DNA of 64,000 nucleotides, taken from NCBI RefSeq assembly GCF_009914755.1, contig NC_060938.1; one strand, written 5' to 3'. This DNA comes from the human T2T-CHM13v2.0 reference genome, Homo sapiens. A model generated the notes under the pieces. The model searched no databases. It worked only from the letters and a program-made list of their open reading frames with translations, and was not told the DNA's origin. The position numbers and the translations under genes were made by a program. Below, piece by piece: positions 1 through 12,705 of this stretch (the first letter of the stretch is position 1; each line of letters starts with the position of its first letter).

Positions 1-2972
1 GGACTCATCTTGCGTCCACGCGCCACCAGACCCCTTACTTGCTCTCTGTTTGATACTGTTTTCCCACACTCTTTCCTTATCATGCCTCGTTGCCCTACCC
101 CCATCCTAGGCCAAATTCAAAGCCAAATTCAAATTCAAATTTTGGCCAAATTCAAAGCTTCTATCACCTTTTTCTCCCTCCCTCAACCGGAGTCCCTCCT
201 ACTCCTCTATGCGAGTCCAGCCCCTGACCCCTCTCCCCAGTACCCACTTCCCACCTCTTTTGTAAACCCAATAGGGTGGGACACCACCACCCCTTCCCTA
301 GCTACTCACCACGACCCCATCAAAATCCAGTTAAAAGACCTCTCTAAATTTCCCAGCATCCCCAAAAACCCTATCTCCCTAACCCACCAAAAAGGCTTAC
401 AGCCCATCACAAACAAGCTCTGTTCACGCCGTCTTCTTAGGCCAACACGTTCTTCATATAACACCACCATCCTCCTGGTTAAAAAATCAGACGGCTCATA
501 CCGACTCCTGCAAGACCTCCGAGCCATCAGTCAGGCTGTCTTTCCTATTCATCCCATAGTCCCTAACCCCTCTACACTTCTCTGTCTCATTCCCTCCAAC
601 ACCACCTGCTACACTGCTATTGACCTAAAAGATGACTTTTTTTACTATTCCCCTGCACCCTGATTCCCAAAACCTCTTTGCTTTCACCTGGACCGACCTT
701 GACACCCTCCAGTCACAACAACTAACCTGGACTGTCCTCCCTCAAGGCTTCAGAGATAACCCTCACTTCTTTGGACAAGCTTTAGCTCAAGATCTCACTT
801 CCTTAAACCTTTTCCCTAGCCGTCTCCTTCAATACGTGGACAATCTTCTCCTTTGCAGCCCCTCTCTAGAAGACTCTCAAACTCACACAGTTACTCTCTT
901 AAAACTTTCTCTCCATCAAAGGGTATAGAGTCTCCCCCTCCGAAGCTCAACTTTCCACCTCCATAGTAACTTACCTAGGAGTTCAACTTTCCCCTGGGAC
1001 CCGGGCTATGACCCCTGCCCTAGCAGCACTAATAGATAATCTGCCCTCGCCCTCCTCCAAAAGCGAAGTTCTTTCCTTCCTAGAACTAGCAGGCTTTTTT
1101 AGAATATGGATTCCCAACTTTGCCCTCCTAGCTCACCCACTCTATGAAGCAGCCAAAGGCCCTCTCAGTGAGCCTCTAAATCCCTCACGTAACATACTCC
1201 CCAACTTCTGCAAACTTCAAACCGCTCTTGTCACTGCACCAGCTCTGTCCTTACCTGGTATCTCCCAACCTCTCACACTCTATACTGCCAAAAGATGAGG
1301 AATAGCCCTCGGTGTCTTAGGGCAACAGAAAGGAGACCCTCCTTCCTTTGCCCCTGTAGCCTACCTCTCTAAACAGTTAGACAACACAGTCAGAGGATGG
1401 CCAACCTGTCTTAGAATGCTAGCAGCAGCGGCCACTTTAGCTGTAAGCAGGAAACTAACATTGAGTCAAAATACCACCACCTACAGTCCTCATAATCTAC
1501 AGGATCTCCTCTCCTCCCGAGCATGAGGCTCCCTCCTTTCCGGATTCAATTACTCCATGCCCTCTATCAAAAATCCTGAATTCGGTCTTGCCAAAAGTGC
1601 TCCCTTCAACCCAGCATCCTTACTCCCTGTATCTTCTTCCCTTCCTACTCATTCTTGCACTGACGTCCTAGATCACCTGCAGCCACACTTTCCTAACATT
1701 TCCTCCGAGCCTCTCACCAACCCCGATGACCAGCTATTTATAGATGGCCCCCCTTCTGGGCCCACTGGCTCCCCCAAAATTGCTGGGTATGCAGTTGTTT
1801 CCCTTGACCGAGTAATTGAAGCTAAGCCCCTACCTCCAGGAACCTCCTCTCAAAAAGCAGAATTCATAGCTCTCACCAGAGCCCTAACCCTTTCCAAAGG
1901 CAAACGAGTCAACACTTACACAGACTCCAAAGATGTATATCACATTCTTCATTCCCACGCCACCATCTGGCAAGAGAGGAGATTCCTTACTGCCAAAGTG
2001 ACCCTATCACTAACCACCCCCTTATTTACCAACTCCTTCAAGCCGCACATCTCCCAACTGAGGCAGGAGTTATACACTGTTGGGGACATCACACAGGAAC
2101 AGATAAAATCTCAAGAGGCAACAGAAAGACCAATGGGGCAGCAAAAGAAGCCTCCCTTTCTTCCGCTCCTGCCTCCCTCCTCCTCATTACCCCTGCAGTC
2201 CAACCTCAGTACCCCCCACTGAAAAAGCCTCATTACTATAACAAGGAGCCTTCCTCCAGGGGGACTGGATAGATAAGGACCAGAAGCTAGACCTTCCCCA
2301 GGGCCAAACCGACAAAATCCTGACATCTCTCCACCAATCCTTCCATATTGGTGCATGTCCCCTATATCTCCTCCTCCGCCCATATTTCTTCTCCCCTCAC
2401 CTATTTACCTCACTAAAAAGTATAACTTCAAAATGTCATATATGCTCTGTCACCTCCTCTCAAGGAGCCCTCCATTCCCCATCTATTCCTACACACCAGC
2501 TAAGAGGAACACTCCCAGGGGAAGACTGGCAAATAGACTTCACCCACATGCCTCCCGTCAAAAACACAAGACTACTTCTCACTCTTATAGACATCTTCTC
2601 TGGGTGGGTGGAGGCATTTCCTACCTCTTCAGAAAAAGCTGCAGTAGTCTCCCAGATCCCCACAAGAGAAATCATCCCTAGCTTTGGTCTCCCTCGCTCC
2701 AATCAATCAGACAATGGCCCTGGCTTCATTTCCCAAATCACCCAACAGCTCTCCCAGTCCCTCAGCATCCAGTGGCACCTCCATATCCCATATCGACCCC
2801 AATCATCAGGAAAAGTCGAAAGGGCAAATGGAAACCTTAACACTCAGTTGATCAAACTCACTCTAGAAGTCCAGAGGCCCTGGACTTCCCTCCTACCCAT
2901 AGCTCTAGCCAGCGTCAGAGCCAGCCCAAAGGCACCCTCCTTCCTCAGCCCATTTGAATTAATGTATGGATG

Positions 2973-3040
2973 CCCTTTCCTCTTACAAAACAGGCCTCCT
3001 TCTGAGACCCTTTCCTCTTACAAAACAGGCCTCCTTCTGA
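2973..3040 (+). repeat. 35-bp tandem duplication within integrase
   Basis: CCCTTTCCTCTTACAAAACAGGCCTCCTTCTGA occurs at 2973 and 3008. Confidence 0.9.
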
Positions 3041-3190
3041 TTCTCAATTAGGAGAGTACCTCCCAGCACTCTCCCTCATCCGCCATCTCCTCTGCAAACA
3101 GGCACACCAGGCCCTCCCAATACCACATAAAGGCCTCACTGACCAGACCCTCCTACCAGGAGAACATGTTTTTCTAAAAACCCTTAACCC

Positions 3191-3500
<310 letters not shown>

Positions 3501-3558
3501 CCCTTAACCCAACCAGCCTTAAACCAAAATGGGAAGGCCCTTTCCAGGTCATCCTTAC

Positions 3559-3925
3559 TGTCAGGCCTCTGAGCCCAAGCCTGCAGTATACATCCAGATG
3601 GCCCGAAGCAAGTGAAGAATCACAAAAGAAGTGAAAATGGCCAGCCCTGCCTTAACTGATGACATTACCTTGTGAAATTCCTTCTCCTGGCTCAGAAGCT
3701 TCCACACTGAGCACCTTGTGATCCCCTAGCCCCTGCCCGCCAGAGAACAACCCCCTTTGACTGTAATTTTCCACTACCTACCCAAATCCTATAAAACGAC
3801 CCACCCCTATCTCCCTTTGCTGACTCTGTTTTCGGACTCAGCCCGCCTGCACCCAGGTGAAATAAACAGCCTTGTTGCTCACACAAAGCCCGTTTGGTGG
3901 TCTCTTCACAGGGACGCGCGTGACA
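3559..3925 (+). mobile_element. HERV-H 5' LTR (short LTR7 variant)
   Basis: TGTCAGGCCTCTGAGCCCAAG...GCGTGACA; TATA box CCTATAAAA at ~3788-3796; AATAAA at ~3861-3866. Confidence 0.95.
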
Positions 3926-3927
3926 TT

Positions 3928-3945
3928 TGGTGCCGAAACCCGGGA
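3928..3945 (+). promoter_or_regulatory. Primer-binding site complementary to tRNA-Phe
   Basis: TGGTGCCGAAACCCGGGA matches the 3' 18 nt of mammalian tRNA-Phe(GAA); the His PBS would be TGGTGCCGTGACTCGGAT. Confidence 0.9.
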
Positions 3946-4064
3946 CAGGAGGACTCCTTCGGGAGACCAGTCCCCTGTCCTTGCCCTCACTCCGTGAGGA
4001 GATCTACCTACAACCTCGGGTCCTCAGACCAACCAGCCCAAGGAACATCTCACCAATTTCAAAT

Positions 4065-4073
4065 CAGGTAAGC
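4065..4073 (+). promoter_or_regulatory. HERV-H major splice donor
   Basis: CAG|GTAAGC ~140 nt after the 5' LTR, the usual position of the HERV-H leader donor. Confidence 0.75.
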
Positions 4074-4499
4074 GGTCTTTTCACTCTCTTCTCCAGCCTC
4101 TCTTGCTACCCTTCAGTCTCCCTGTTCTTCCAATTCCAGTTCTTTTTCCTCTCTAGTAGAGACGAAGGAGACACATTTTATCTGTGGACTCAAAACTCCA
4201 GCACCAGTCACAGACTCAGGAATAGTCTTCTCTTGGTGTTTAATCACTGCGGGGATGCCTGCCTGATTATTCACCCACACTCCATTGGTGTCTGATCACC
4301 GCGAGGATGCCTGCCTTGGTCATTCACCCACATTCCCTTGGTGGCAAGTCAACTGCGGGGATGCCTGCTTTGGCTGCTCACCCACATTGCAGCCCAGGGC
4401 TGCTCACCACCCTCCTTATCTGTGTCTCTACCCTCTCTTTTCTCTGGGCTTGCCTGCTTCACTATGGGCAACCTTCCACCCTCCATTCCCCCTTCTTCT

Positions 4500-5710
4500 T
4501 CCTTAGGCTGTATTCTCAAAAACTTAAAACCTCTTCAACTCTTGCCTGACCTAAAACCTAAGTGTCTTCGCCAACACCACTTGGCCCCAATACAAACTCG
4601 ATAATGGTTCTAAACAGCCAGAAAATGGCACTTTTGATTTCTCCATTTTACAAGACCTGGATGATTTTTGTCGAAAAATGGGCAAATGGTCTGAGGTGCC
4701 TGACGTCCAGGCATTCTTTTACACATCGGTCCCTCCCTAGTCTCTGCTCCCAATGCAACTCATCCCAAATCTTTCTTCTTTCTCTCCTGTCTATTCCTTC
4801 AGTCTCCACTCCAAGCTCTGAGTCCTTTGAATCCTTTTCTACAGACCCATCTGACCTCTCCCTTCCTCCCCAGGCTAATCCTCGCCAGGCTGAGCCAGGT
4901 CTCAATTCTTCCTCAGCCTCCACTCCCCCACCCTATAATCCTTTAATCACCTCCCATCCTCACACAGGGTCCAGCTTACAGTTTCACGTGGGGAGACTAG
5001 CCCTCCCGCACCTGCTCAACAATTTCCTCTTAAGGAGGTGGCTGGAGCCGAAGGCTTAGCCAAGGTTAATGCTCCTTTTTCTTTATCTGACCTCTCCCAA
5101 ATCAGTGTTTAGGCTCTTTTTCATCAAATATAAAAACTCAACCCAGTTCATGGCCCGTTTGGCAACAACCCTTAGATGCTTTACCGCCCTAGACCCAGAG
5201 GGGCCAGAAGGCCATCTTATTCTCAATAGGCATTTTATTACCCAATCTGCTCCTGACATTAGAAAAAGCTCCAAAAATTAGATTCCGGCCCTCAAACCCC
5301 ACAACAGGACTTAATTAACCTCACCTTCAAGGTGTACAATAATAGAGTAGAGGCAGCCAAGTAGCAATGAATTTCTGAATTGCAATTCCTGCCTCCACTG
5401 TGAGACAAACCCCAGCCACATCTCCAGGACACAAGAACTTCCAAACGTCTGAACCGCAGTGGCCAGGCGTTCCTCCAGAACTGCCTCCCCAAGGATCTTA
5501 CTTCTAGCGCCGGAAATCTGGCCACTGGGCCAAGAAATGCCCACAGCCCAGAATTCCTCCTAAGCCATGTCCCATCTGTGCAGGACCCCACTGGAAATCG
5601 GACTGTCCAACTCGCCCAGCAGCCACTCCCAGAGTCCCTGGAACTCTGGCCCAAGGCTCTCTGACTGACTCCTTCCCAGATCTTCTTGGCTTTAGCGGCT
5701 GAAGACTAAT
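4500..5710 (+). pseudogene. HERV-H gag remnant
   Basis: GKWSEV-like matrix motif, PPPY late-domain-like motif (STPPPYNP), nucleocapsid knuckle [13 protein letters not shown] at ~5568-5606; frameshifted. Confidence 0.8.
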
Positions 5711-5719
5711 GCTACCTGA

Positions 5720-8560
5720 TTGCCTCGGAAGCCTCCTGGACCATCACAGACGCTTTGGGTAACTCTTACAGTGGAGGGTAAGTCCCTCCCCTTCTTAATC
5801 AATACGGAGCTTACCCACTCCACATTACCTTCTTTTCCCTTGCCTCCACAATTGTGGGTATTGACGGCCAGGCTTCTAAACCTTTTAAAACTCCCCAACT
5901 CTGGTGCCAACTTGGACAACATTCTTCTGTGCACTCCTTTTTAGTTATCCTCACCTGCCCAGCTCCCTTATTAGGTGGAGACATTTTAACTAAATTATCT
6001 GCTTCCCTGACTATTCCTAGACTATAGCCACACCTCATTGCTGCCCTTTTCCTCAGTTCAAAGCCTCCTTCACATCTTCCCCTTGTATCTCCCCACCTTA
6101 ATCCACAAGTATGGGACACCTCTACTCTCTCCCTGGCAACTGATCACACACCCCTTACTATCCCATTAAAACCTAATCACCCTTAACCCACTCAACGCCA
6201 ATATCCCATCCCACAGTACACTTTAAAAGGATTAAAGCCTGTTATCACTCACCTGTTACAGCATGGCCTTTTAAAGCCTATAAACTCTCCTTACAATTCC
6301 CCCATTTTCCCTGTCCAAAAACCGGACAAGTCTTACAAGTTAGTTCAGGATCTGCATCTTATCAACCAAATTGTTTTGCCTATCCACCCTGTAGTGCTAA
6401 ACCCATATACTCTCCTATCCTCAATACCTCCCTCCACAACCCCTCCACAACCCATTATTCTGTTCTGGGTCTCAAACATGCTTTCTTTACTATTCCTTTG
6501 CACGCTTCATCCCAGCCACTCTTTGCTTTCACTTGGACTGACCCTGACACCCATCAGGCTCAGCAAATTACCTGGGCTGTACTGCTGCAAGGCTTCATGG
6601 ACAGCCCCCATTACTTCAGTCAAACCCAAATTTCTTCCTCATCTGTTACCTATCTTGGCATAATTCTTCATCAAAACACACATGCCCTCCCTGCTAATCA
6701 TGTCTGGCTAATCTCCCAAACCCCAACCCCTTCTACAAAACAACTCCTTTCCTTCCTGGGCATGGTTAAATACTTTCACCTTTAAATACCTGGTTTTGCC
6801 ATCCTAACAAAACCATTACATAAACACAAAAGAAAACCTAGCTGACCACATAGATCCTAAATCCTTTCCCCATTCCTCTTTCCGTTCCTTAAAAACAGCC
6901 CTGGAAGCTGCTCCCACACTAGCTCTCCCTAACTCATCCCAACCCTTTTTCATTACACAGAGCCAAAGTGCAGGGCTGTGCAGTTGAAATTCTTACACAA
7001 GAGCCGGGACCGTGCCCTGTATCCTTTTTGTCCAAACAACTTGATCTTACTGTTTTAGGCTGGCCATCATGTCTCTGTGTGGCAGCTGCCGTCACCCTAA
7101 CACTTTTAGAGGCCCTCAAAATCACAAACTATGCTCAACTCACTCTCTACAGCCCTCATAACTTCCAAAATCTATTTTCTTCCTCACACCTGATGCATAT
7201 ACTTTCTGCTCCCTGGCTCCTTCAGCTGTACTCACTCTTTGTTGAGTCTCCCACAATTACCAGTGTTCCTGGCCCAGACTTCAATCCGGCCTCCCACATT
7301 ATTCCAGATACCACACCTGACCCCCATGACTGTATCTCTCTGATCCACCTGACATTCACTCCATTTCCCCATATTTCCTTCTTTCCTGTTCCTCACCCTG
7401 ATCACACTTGGTTTATCCATGGCAGTTCCACCAGGCCTAATCACCGCTTACCAGCAAAGGCAGGCTATGCTATAGTATCTTCCACATCTATCATTGAGGC
7501 TACTGCTCTGCCCCCTCCACTACCTCTCAGCAAGCCAAACTCATTGCTTTAACTCAAGCCCTCACTCTTGCAAAGGAACTACGCATCAATATTTATACTG
7601 ACTCTAAACATGCCTTCCATATCCTGCCCCACCATGCTGTTATATGGGCTGAAAGAGGTTTCCTCACTACACAAGGGTCCTCCATCATTAATGCCTCTTT
7701 AATAAAAATACTTCTCAAGGTCGCTTTACTTCCAAAGGAAGCTGGAGTCATTCACTGCAAGGGCCATCAAAAGGCATCAGACCCCACTGCTCGGGGCAAC
7801 GCTTATGCTGATAAGGTAGCTAAAGAAGCAGCTAGCATTCCAACTTCTATCCCTCATGGCAGTTTTTCTCCTTCTCATCGGTCACTCCCACCTACTCCAC
7901 CACTGAAACTTCCACCTATCAATCTCTTCCCACACAAGGCAAATAGTTCTTGGACTAAGGAACATATCTCCTTCCAGCCTCACAGGCCCATTCTATTCTG
8001 TCGTCATTTCATAACCTCTTCCACGTAGATTACAAGCTGCTAGTCTGCCTCTTAGAACCTCTCATTTCCTTTCCATCATGGAAATCTATCCTCAAGGAAA
8101 TCACTTCTCAGTGTTCCATCTGCTATTCTACTACTCCTCAGGGATTGTTCAGGCCCCCTCCCTTCCCTACACATCAAGCTCGGGGATTTGCCCCTGCCCA
8201 GGACTGGCAAATTGACTTTACTCACATGCCCTGAGTCAGGAAACTAAAATACGTCTCGGTCTAGATAGACACTTTCACTGGATGGGTAGAGGCCTTTCCC
8301 ACAAGGTCAAAAAAAGGCCACCGTGGTCATTTCTTCCCTTCTGTCAGACATAATTCCTCGGTTTGGCCTTCCCACCTCTATACGGTCCAATAACGGACTG
8401 GCCTTTATTAGTCAAATCACCCAAGCAGTTTCTCAGGCTCTTGGTATTCAGTGGAACCTTCATACCGCTTACCATCCTCAATCTTCAGGAAAGGTAGAAT
8501 GGAACAGACTAATGGTCTTTTAAAAACACACCTCACCAAACTCAGCCTCCAACTTAAAAA
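5720..8560 (+). pseudogene. HERV-H pro/pol remnant
   Basis: TLTVEGKSLPFLINT (protease), WAVLLQGFMDSPHYFSQ (RT; downstream YxDD region missing), RNase H, integrase IIPRFGLPTSIRSNNG/QSSGKVE; many stops. Confidence 0.88.
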
Positions 8561-8840
8561 GGAGGGCTCTGTCAAGGATAGAGCCCAAAAACTCACCAAC
8601 CAAGCAAGTAATTACGCTGAACCCCCTTGGGCACTCCCTAATTGGAAGTCCTGGGTCCTCCCAATTCTTAGTCCTTTAATACCTGTTTTTCTCCTTCTCT
8701 TATTTGGACCTTGTGTCTTCCGTTTAGCTCTCAATTCATAAAAAAACACATCCAGGCCATCACCAATCATTCTATATGACAAATGCTCCTTCTAAGAACC
8801 CCACAATACCACCCATTACCCCAAAATCTTCCTTCAGCTG
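8561..8840 (+). pseudogene. HERV-H env 3' remnant (membrane anchor and tail only)
   Basis: VKDRAQKLTNQASNYAEPPWALPNWKSWVLPILSPLIPVFLLLLFGPCVFRL is fused directly to truncated integrase. Confidence 0.88.
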
Positions 8841-9005
8841 AATCTCTCCCACTCCAGGTTCCCACGCCACCCCTAATCCCACTCGAAGCAGCCCTGAGAA
8901 ACATCGCCCATTATCTCTTCATACCACCCCCCCAAAAATTTTCACTGCCCCAACACTTCAATACTATTTTATGTTATTTTTCTTATTAATATAAGAAGAC
9001 AGGAA

Positions 9006-9372
9006 TGTCAGGCCTCTAAGCCCAAGCCTGCACATATACATCCAGATGGCCTGAAGCAAGTGAAGAATCACAAAAGAAGTGAAAATGGCCGGTCCCTGCC
9101 TTAACTGATATTTCCTTGTGAAATTCCTTTTCTCAGAAGCTCCCCAACTGAGCACCTTGTGACCCCCTCCGCCTGCCCCTGCCCACCGGAGAACAACCCC
9201 CTTTGACTGTAATTTTCCACTACCTACCCAAATCCTCTACAACGGCCCCACCCCTATCTCCCTTCGATGATTCTCTTTTCGGACTCAGCCCGCCTGCACC
9301 CAGGTGAAATAAATAGCCTTGTTGCTCACACAAAGCCTGTTTGGTGGTCTTTTCACATGGACGTGTGTGACA
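9006..9372 (+). mobile_element. HERV-H 3' LTR (LTR7)
   Basis: Follows PPT AAGAAGACAGGAA; colinear with the 5' LTR; TATA mutated to CCTCTACAA; AATAAA retained. Confidence 0.95.
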
Positions 9373-9805
9373 CTTACAACCCCTACTGCAGCCAAACTCT
9401 CAGGACATACCCCCTAGTATCACCTTTCCAGGTTAAAGAGAGCTCCCACCTCCGATCCTCCAACCAGCACCTCACCAACTTCTAACTGGTATTCCAGCAC
9501 ACTCCTTGGGCCAACCTGACTCCGCCTCACATCCATCCCAGAAGAAACTTCACATCAGTAAATCCATCCATCTCAAACAGGTTTAAAGTACTATTACAAC
9601 TAGCCTCCTTTAATGGAAACACTCTATTACACCCTAACTGCAGGCATTATAATACTTACCCTATTGTTTGCAGTGGGATTATATAGTGTAACTCCTTCCA
9701 ATTGGAATACCAGCCAAAAGTCTCCCTCACTTTAGCCGTCTGCCTAATCGTTACCCTTACAGCAGGAATCACAATCACTATCAAACATTCCCACATCCTC
9801 CCTAG

Positions 9806-11682
9806 ATGCCCTGCTTTTGTCTATCCTGCCGCTTCACTCTCTTCCTTCACGCCCTCTCACAAGATATTTCCTGGTTCCACCCACGGAACGACACCCTGGA
9901 GGCCTTTTTCAAGTGGATAATCGACCTTTTCTTCCAAGGCTCTCTCTGTGGCTTTACTCTGGGTGGAACCGAACTATTTATTTTTCTGCTCACTATCTGC
10001 CTTTCTAACCCTTCTCATAATCAATACCCCAACCCTTCGTTCAGTCCAACCAATACCTACAACCCCTGAACACCTATACAGAACACTTAATCTCACACAC
10101 TCCTTACTAAAAAACTCCAATTCCTCTCTGGCAAGAGACTGCTGGCTCTGCGTATCCCTCCTCTCCACAACATACAATGCAACCCCTGCTCAGCCTATAA
10201 CTGGACTTCCACCCAAGTAAGCTACCATCCTGAAATCCTCATTAACTGCCCCTCAAACTCGACATACAGGCATTAACAAAAATCTCCCCCAGTTAGCTAG
10301 CGAGTTCGGTCCAGGTGTTACAACCTTACATGCCTACTTACGCAACCTGGCCCTACCACAGCTGTGATGAATGCCTATTAGTAGGAACCGTAACAACCCA
10401 CACAATCTTATCCTATCCAGCACCACTGTGCGCCAGCGACATCCACCCTCAAGCATTCCCCTCAGCCACCTAAATTCCAAACTGTGCAACTTACACCGCA
10501 CAACTCAAACCCTCCACCGAACAGACTACTCTCAAAGCCACCAACAATAAAGACAGGCTTCGTTTATCTAGCCCCCCAGCCCTTGACACCTCCCACCTCC
10601 TTAACAAAAACTCAGAGTACTGCAACGGCCGACACCCCCATTTATCCCTCTTCCCTTGGCTCCCCTCTCCATGCACCATCCCTGCACCCGCCACCTGCGA
10701 CTGTGTCCTTATCCCAACATTCAGCAACACTCCCACATGGATCTTAGTGGACACAAAATGCTTCCTCTTACGCTGGGAAAAAAGAACCCAAAGCCCCCAG
10801 CCTAAAGCAAACACCCTTTACAACCACTCAGAGCAGCAGCTCTAGCTGGGGCCCTAGGAGTATGGATGCATGAGGACAACAAAACAGTACATCTTTTTAG
10901 CATACACAACCAGTTCTGTCTACCAAGCCAAGGCATACTTTTCCTATGCAGTACCTCAACTTATATTTGCCTCCCCTCTAACTGGACAGGCACCTACCTG
11001 CACCCTGGTTTTCCTCACTCCAAAAATCAATGTTGCTCCAGGAGACCAACCCCTACCAATCCCAGTTAATACCCGCATCCGACACTGCCGTGCTATGCAA
11101 CTCATACCTCTATTAGCAGTCCCCAGAATAACTACAGGAGGTGGAACTGAGACTGCGGGATTAACCACCTCTGTTTCCTATTACCAATCCCTCTCCAAAG
11201 ACCTCACAGATAGCTTGGAAGAGATAGCCAAATCCATCACAACTCTCCAATCACAAATAGATTCTTTAGCAGCAGCGCTTCTTCAAAATCACAGAGGCGT
11301 AGACCGACTCACAGCCAAAAAGGGAGGACTCTGCCTCTTTCTAGATGAACAGTGTTGCTTTTATCGTAACCAATCTGGCTTAGTACGAGATTTTGTAAAA
11401 ACACTAAAGGACCGAGCACAAAAAATTAAAGAAAATGTCCCCCGATGGCCAGCGTGGCCCTCCTGGTCCTTTAGTACCTGGTTTCCATGGCTAATGCCCC
11501 TCTTAGGCCCAGCCATAACCATTCTTCTTTTTCTAGCATTCAGCCCTTGTCTCCTACGCCTTCTCACTCAGTTTTTACAGGACCGTATCGGAGCCTTCAA
11601 TACAATACAAGATATGATGCTGCTCCAAGAATACCAACAGCTCCAAGAACGGCAGTCCCTACTGTCCAGCCTTCCCCCATAA
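9806..11682 (+). pseudogene. env of outer ERV (SU frameshifted, TM reading frame open)
   Basis: SU motif LNLTHSLL...DCWLCVSL (CXXC); cleavage-like RHCR|AMQLIPLL; immunosuppressive domain LQNHRGVDRLTAKKGGLC; CX6CC; membrane anchor WLMPLLGPAITILLFLAF. Confidence 0.9.
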
Positions 11683-11757
11683 CCATCACCCCTTCCCAGC
11701 AAGAAGTGGCCAGACGCCAACGGCGCCCCTCTTCTATTACCTATTAAAGGGCTGGAA

Positions 11758-12555
<798 letters not shown>

Positions 12556-12616
12556 GTCAGGACATGGCCATGGGTCTCTCCATTCTGCCTAGTCCCCTCG
12601 ACCAGGCAGACTCGCT

Positions 12617-12705
12617 CACACGGAACGCGAGGAACTCAGCCTGGCGTGTGCAGCGACCCTCACCACACGGAACACGAGGAACTCAGCCTGGCGTGTGCAG
12701 CGACC
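12617..12705 (+). repeat. 47-bp-period tandem duplication, CpG-rich
   Basis: CACACGGAACRCGAGGAACTCAGCCTGGCGTGTGCAGCGACC at 12617 and 12664, one mismatch. Confidence 0.9.

Larger units (their letters stand above)
3559..9372 (+). mobile_element. Complete HERV-H provirus (common ~5.8 kb deleted, RTVL-H2-like form)
   Basis: Two LTR7s, PBS, leader repeats, gag/pro/pol remnants, env 3' remnant (KDRAQKLTNQASNYAEPPWAL), PPT; 5-bp TSD CTTAC at 3554-3558 and 9373-9377. Confidence 0.97.

Noticed and set aside
4245-4400. Imperfect ~55-bp tandem repeats (GATGCCTGC...CACCCACA)
   Set aside because: Standard HERV-H leader repeats.
9806-11682. Domesticated env (syncytin- or suppressyn-like)
   Set aside because: SU is broken by several frameshifts and stops, and the fusion peptide has polar or charged substitutions; only the TM frame is open.
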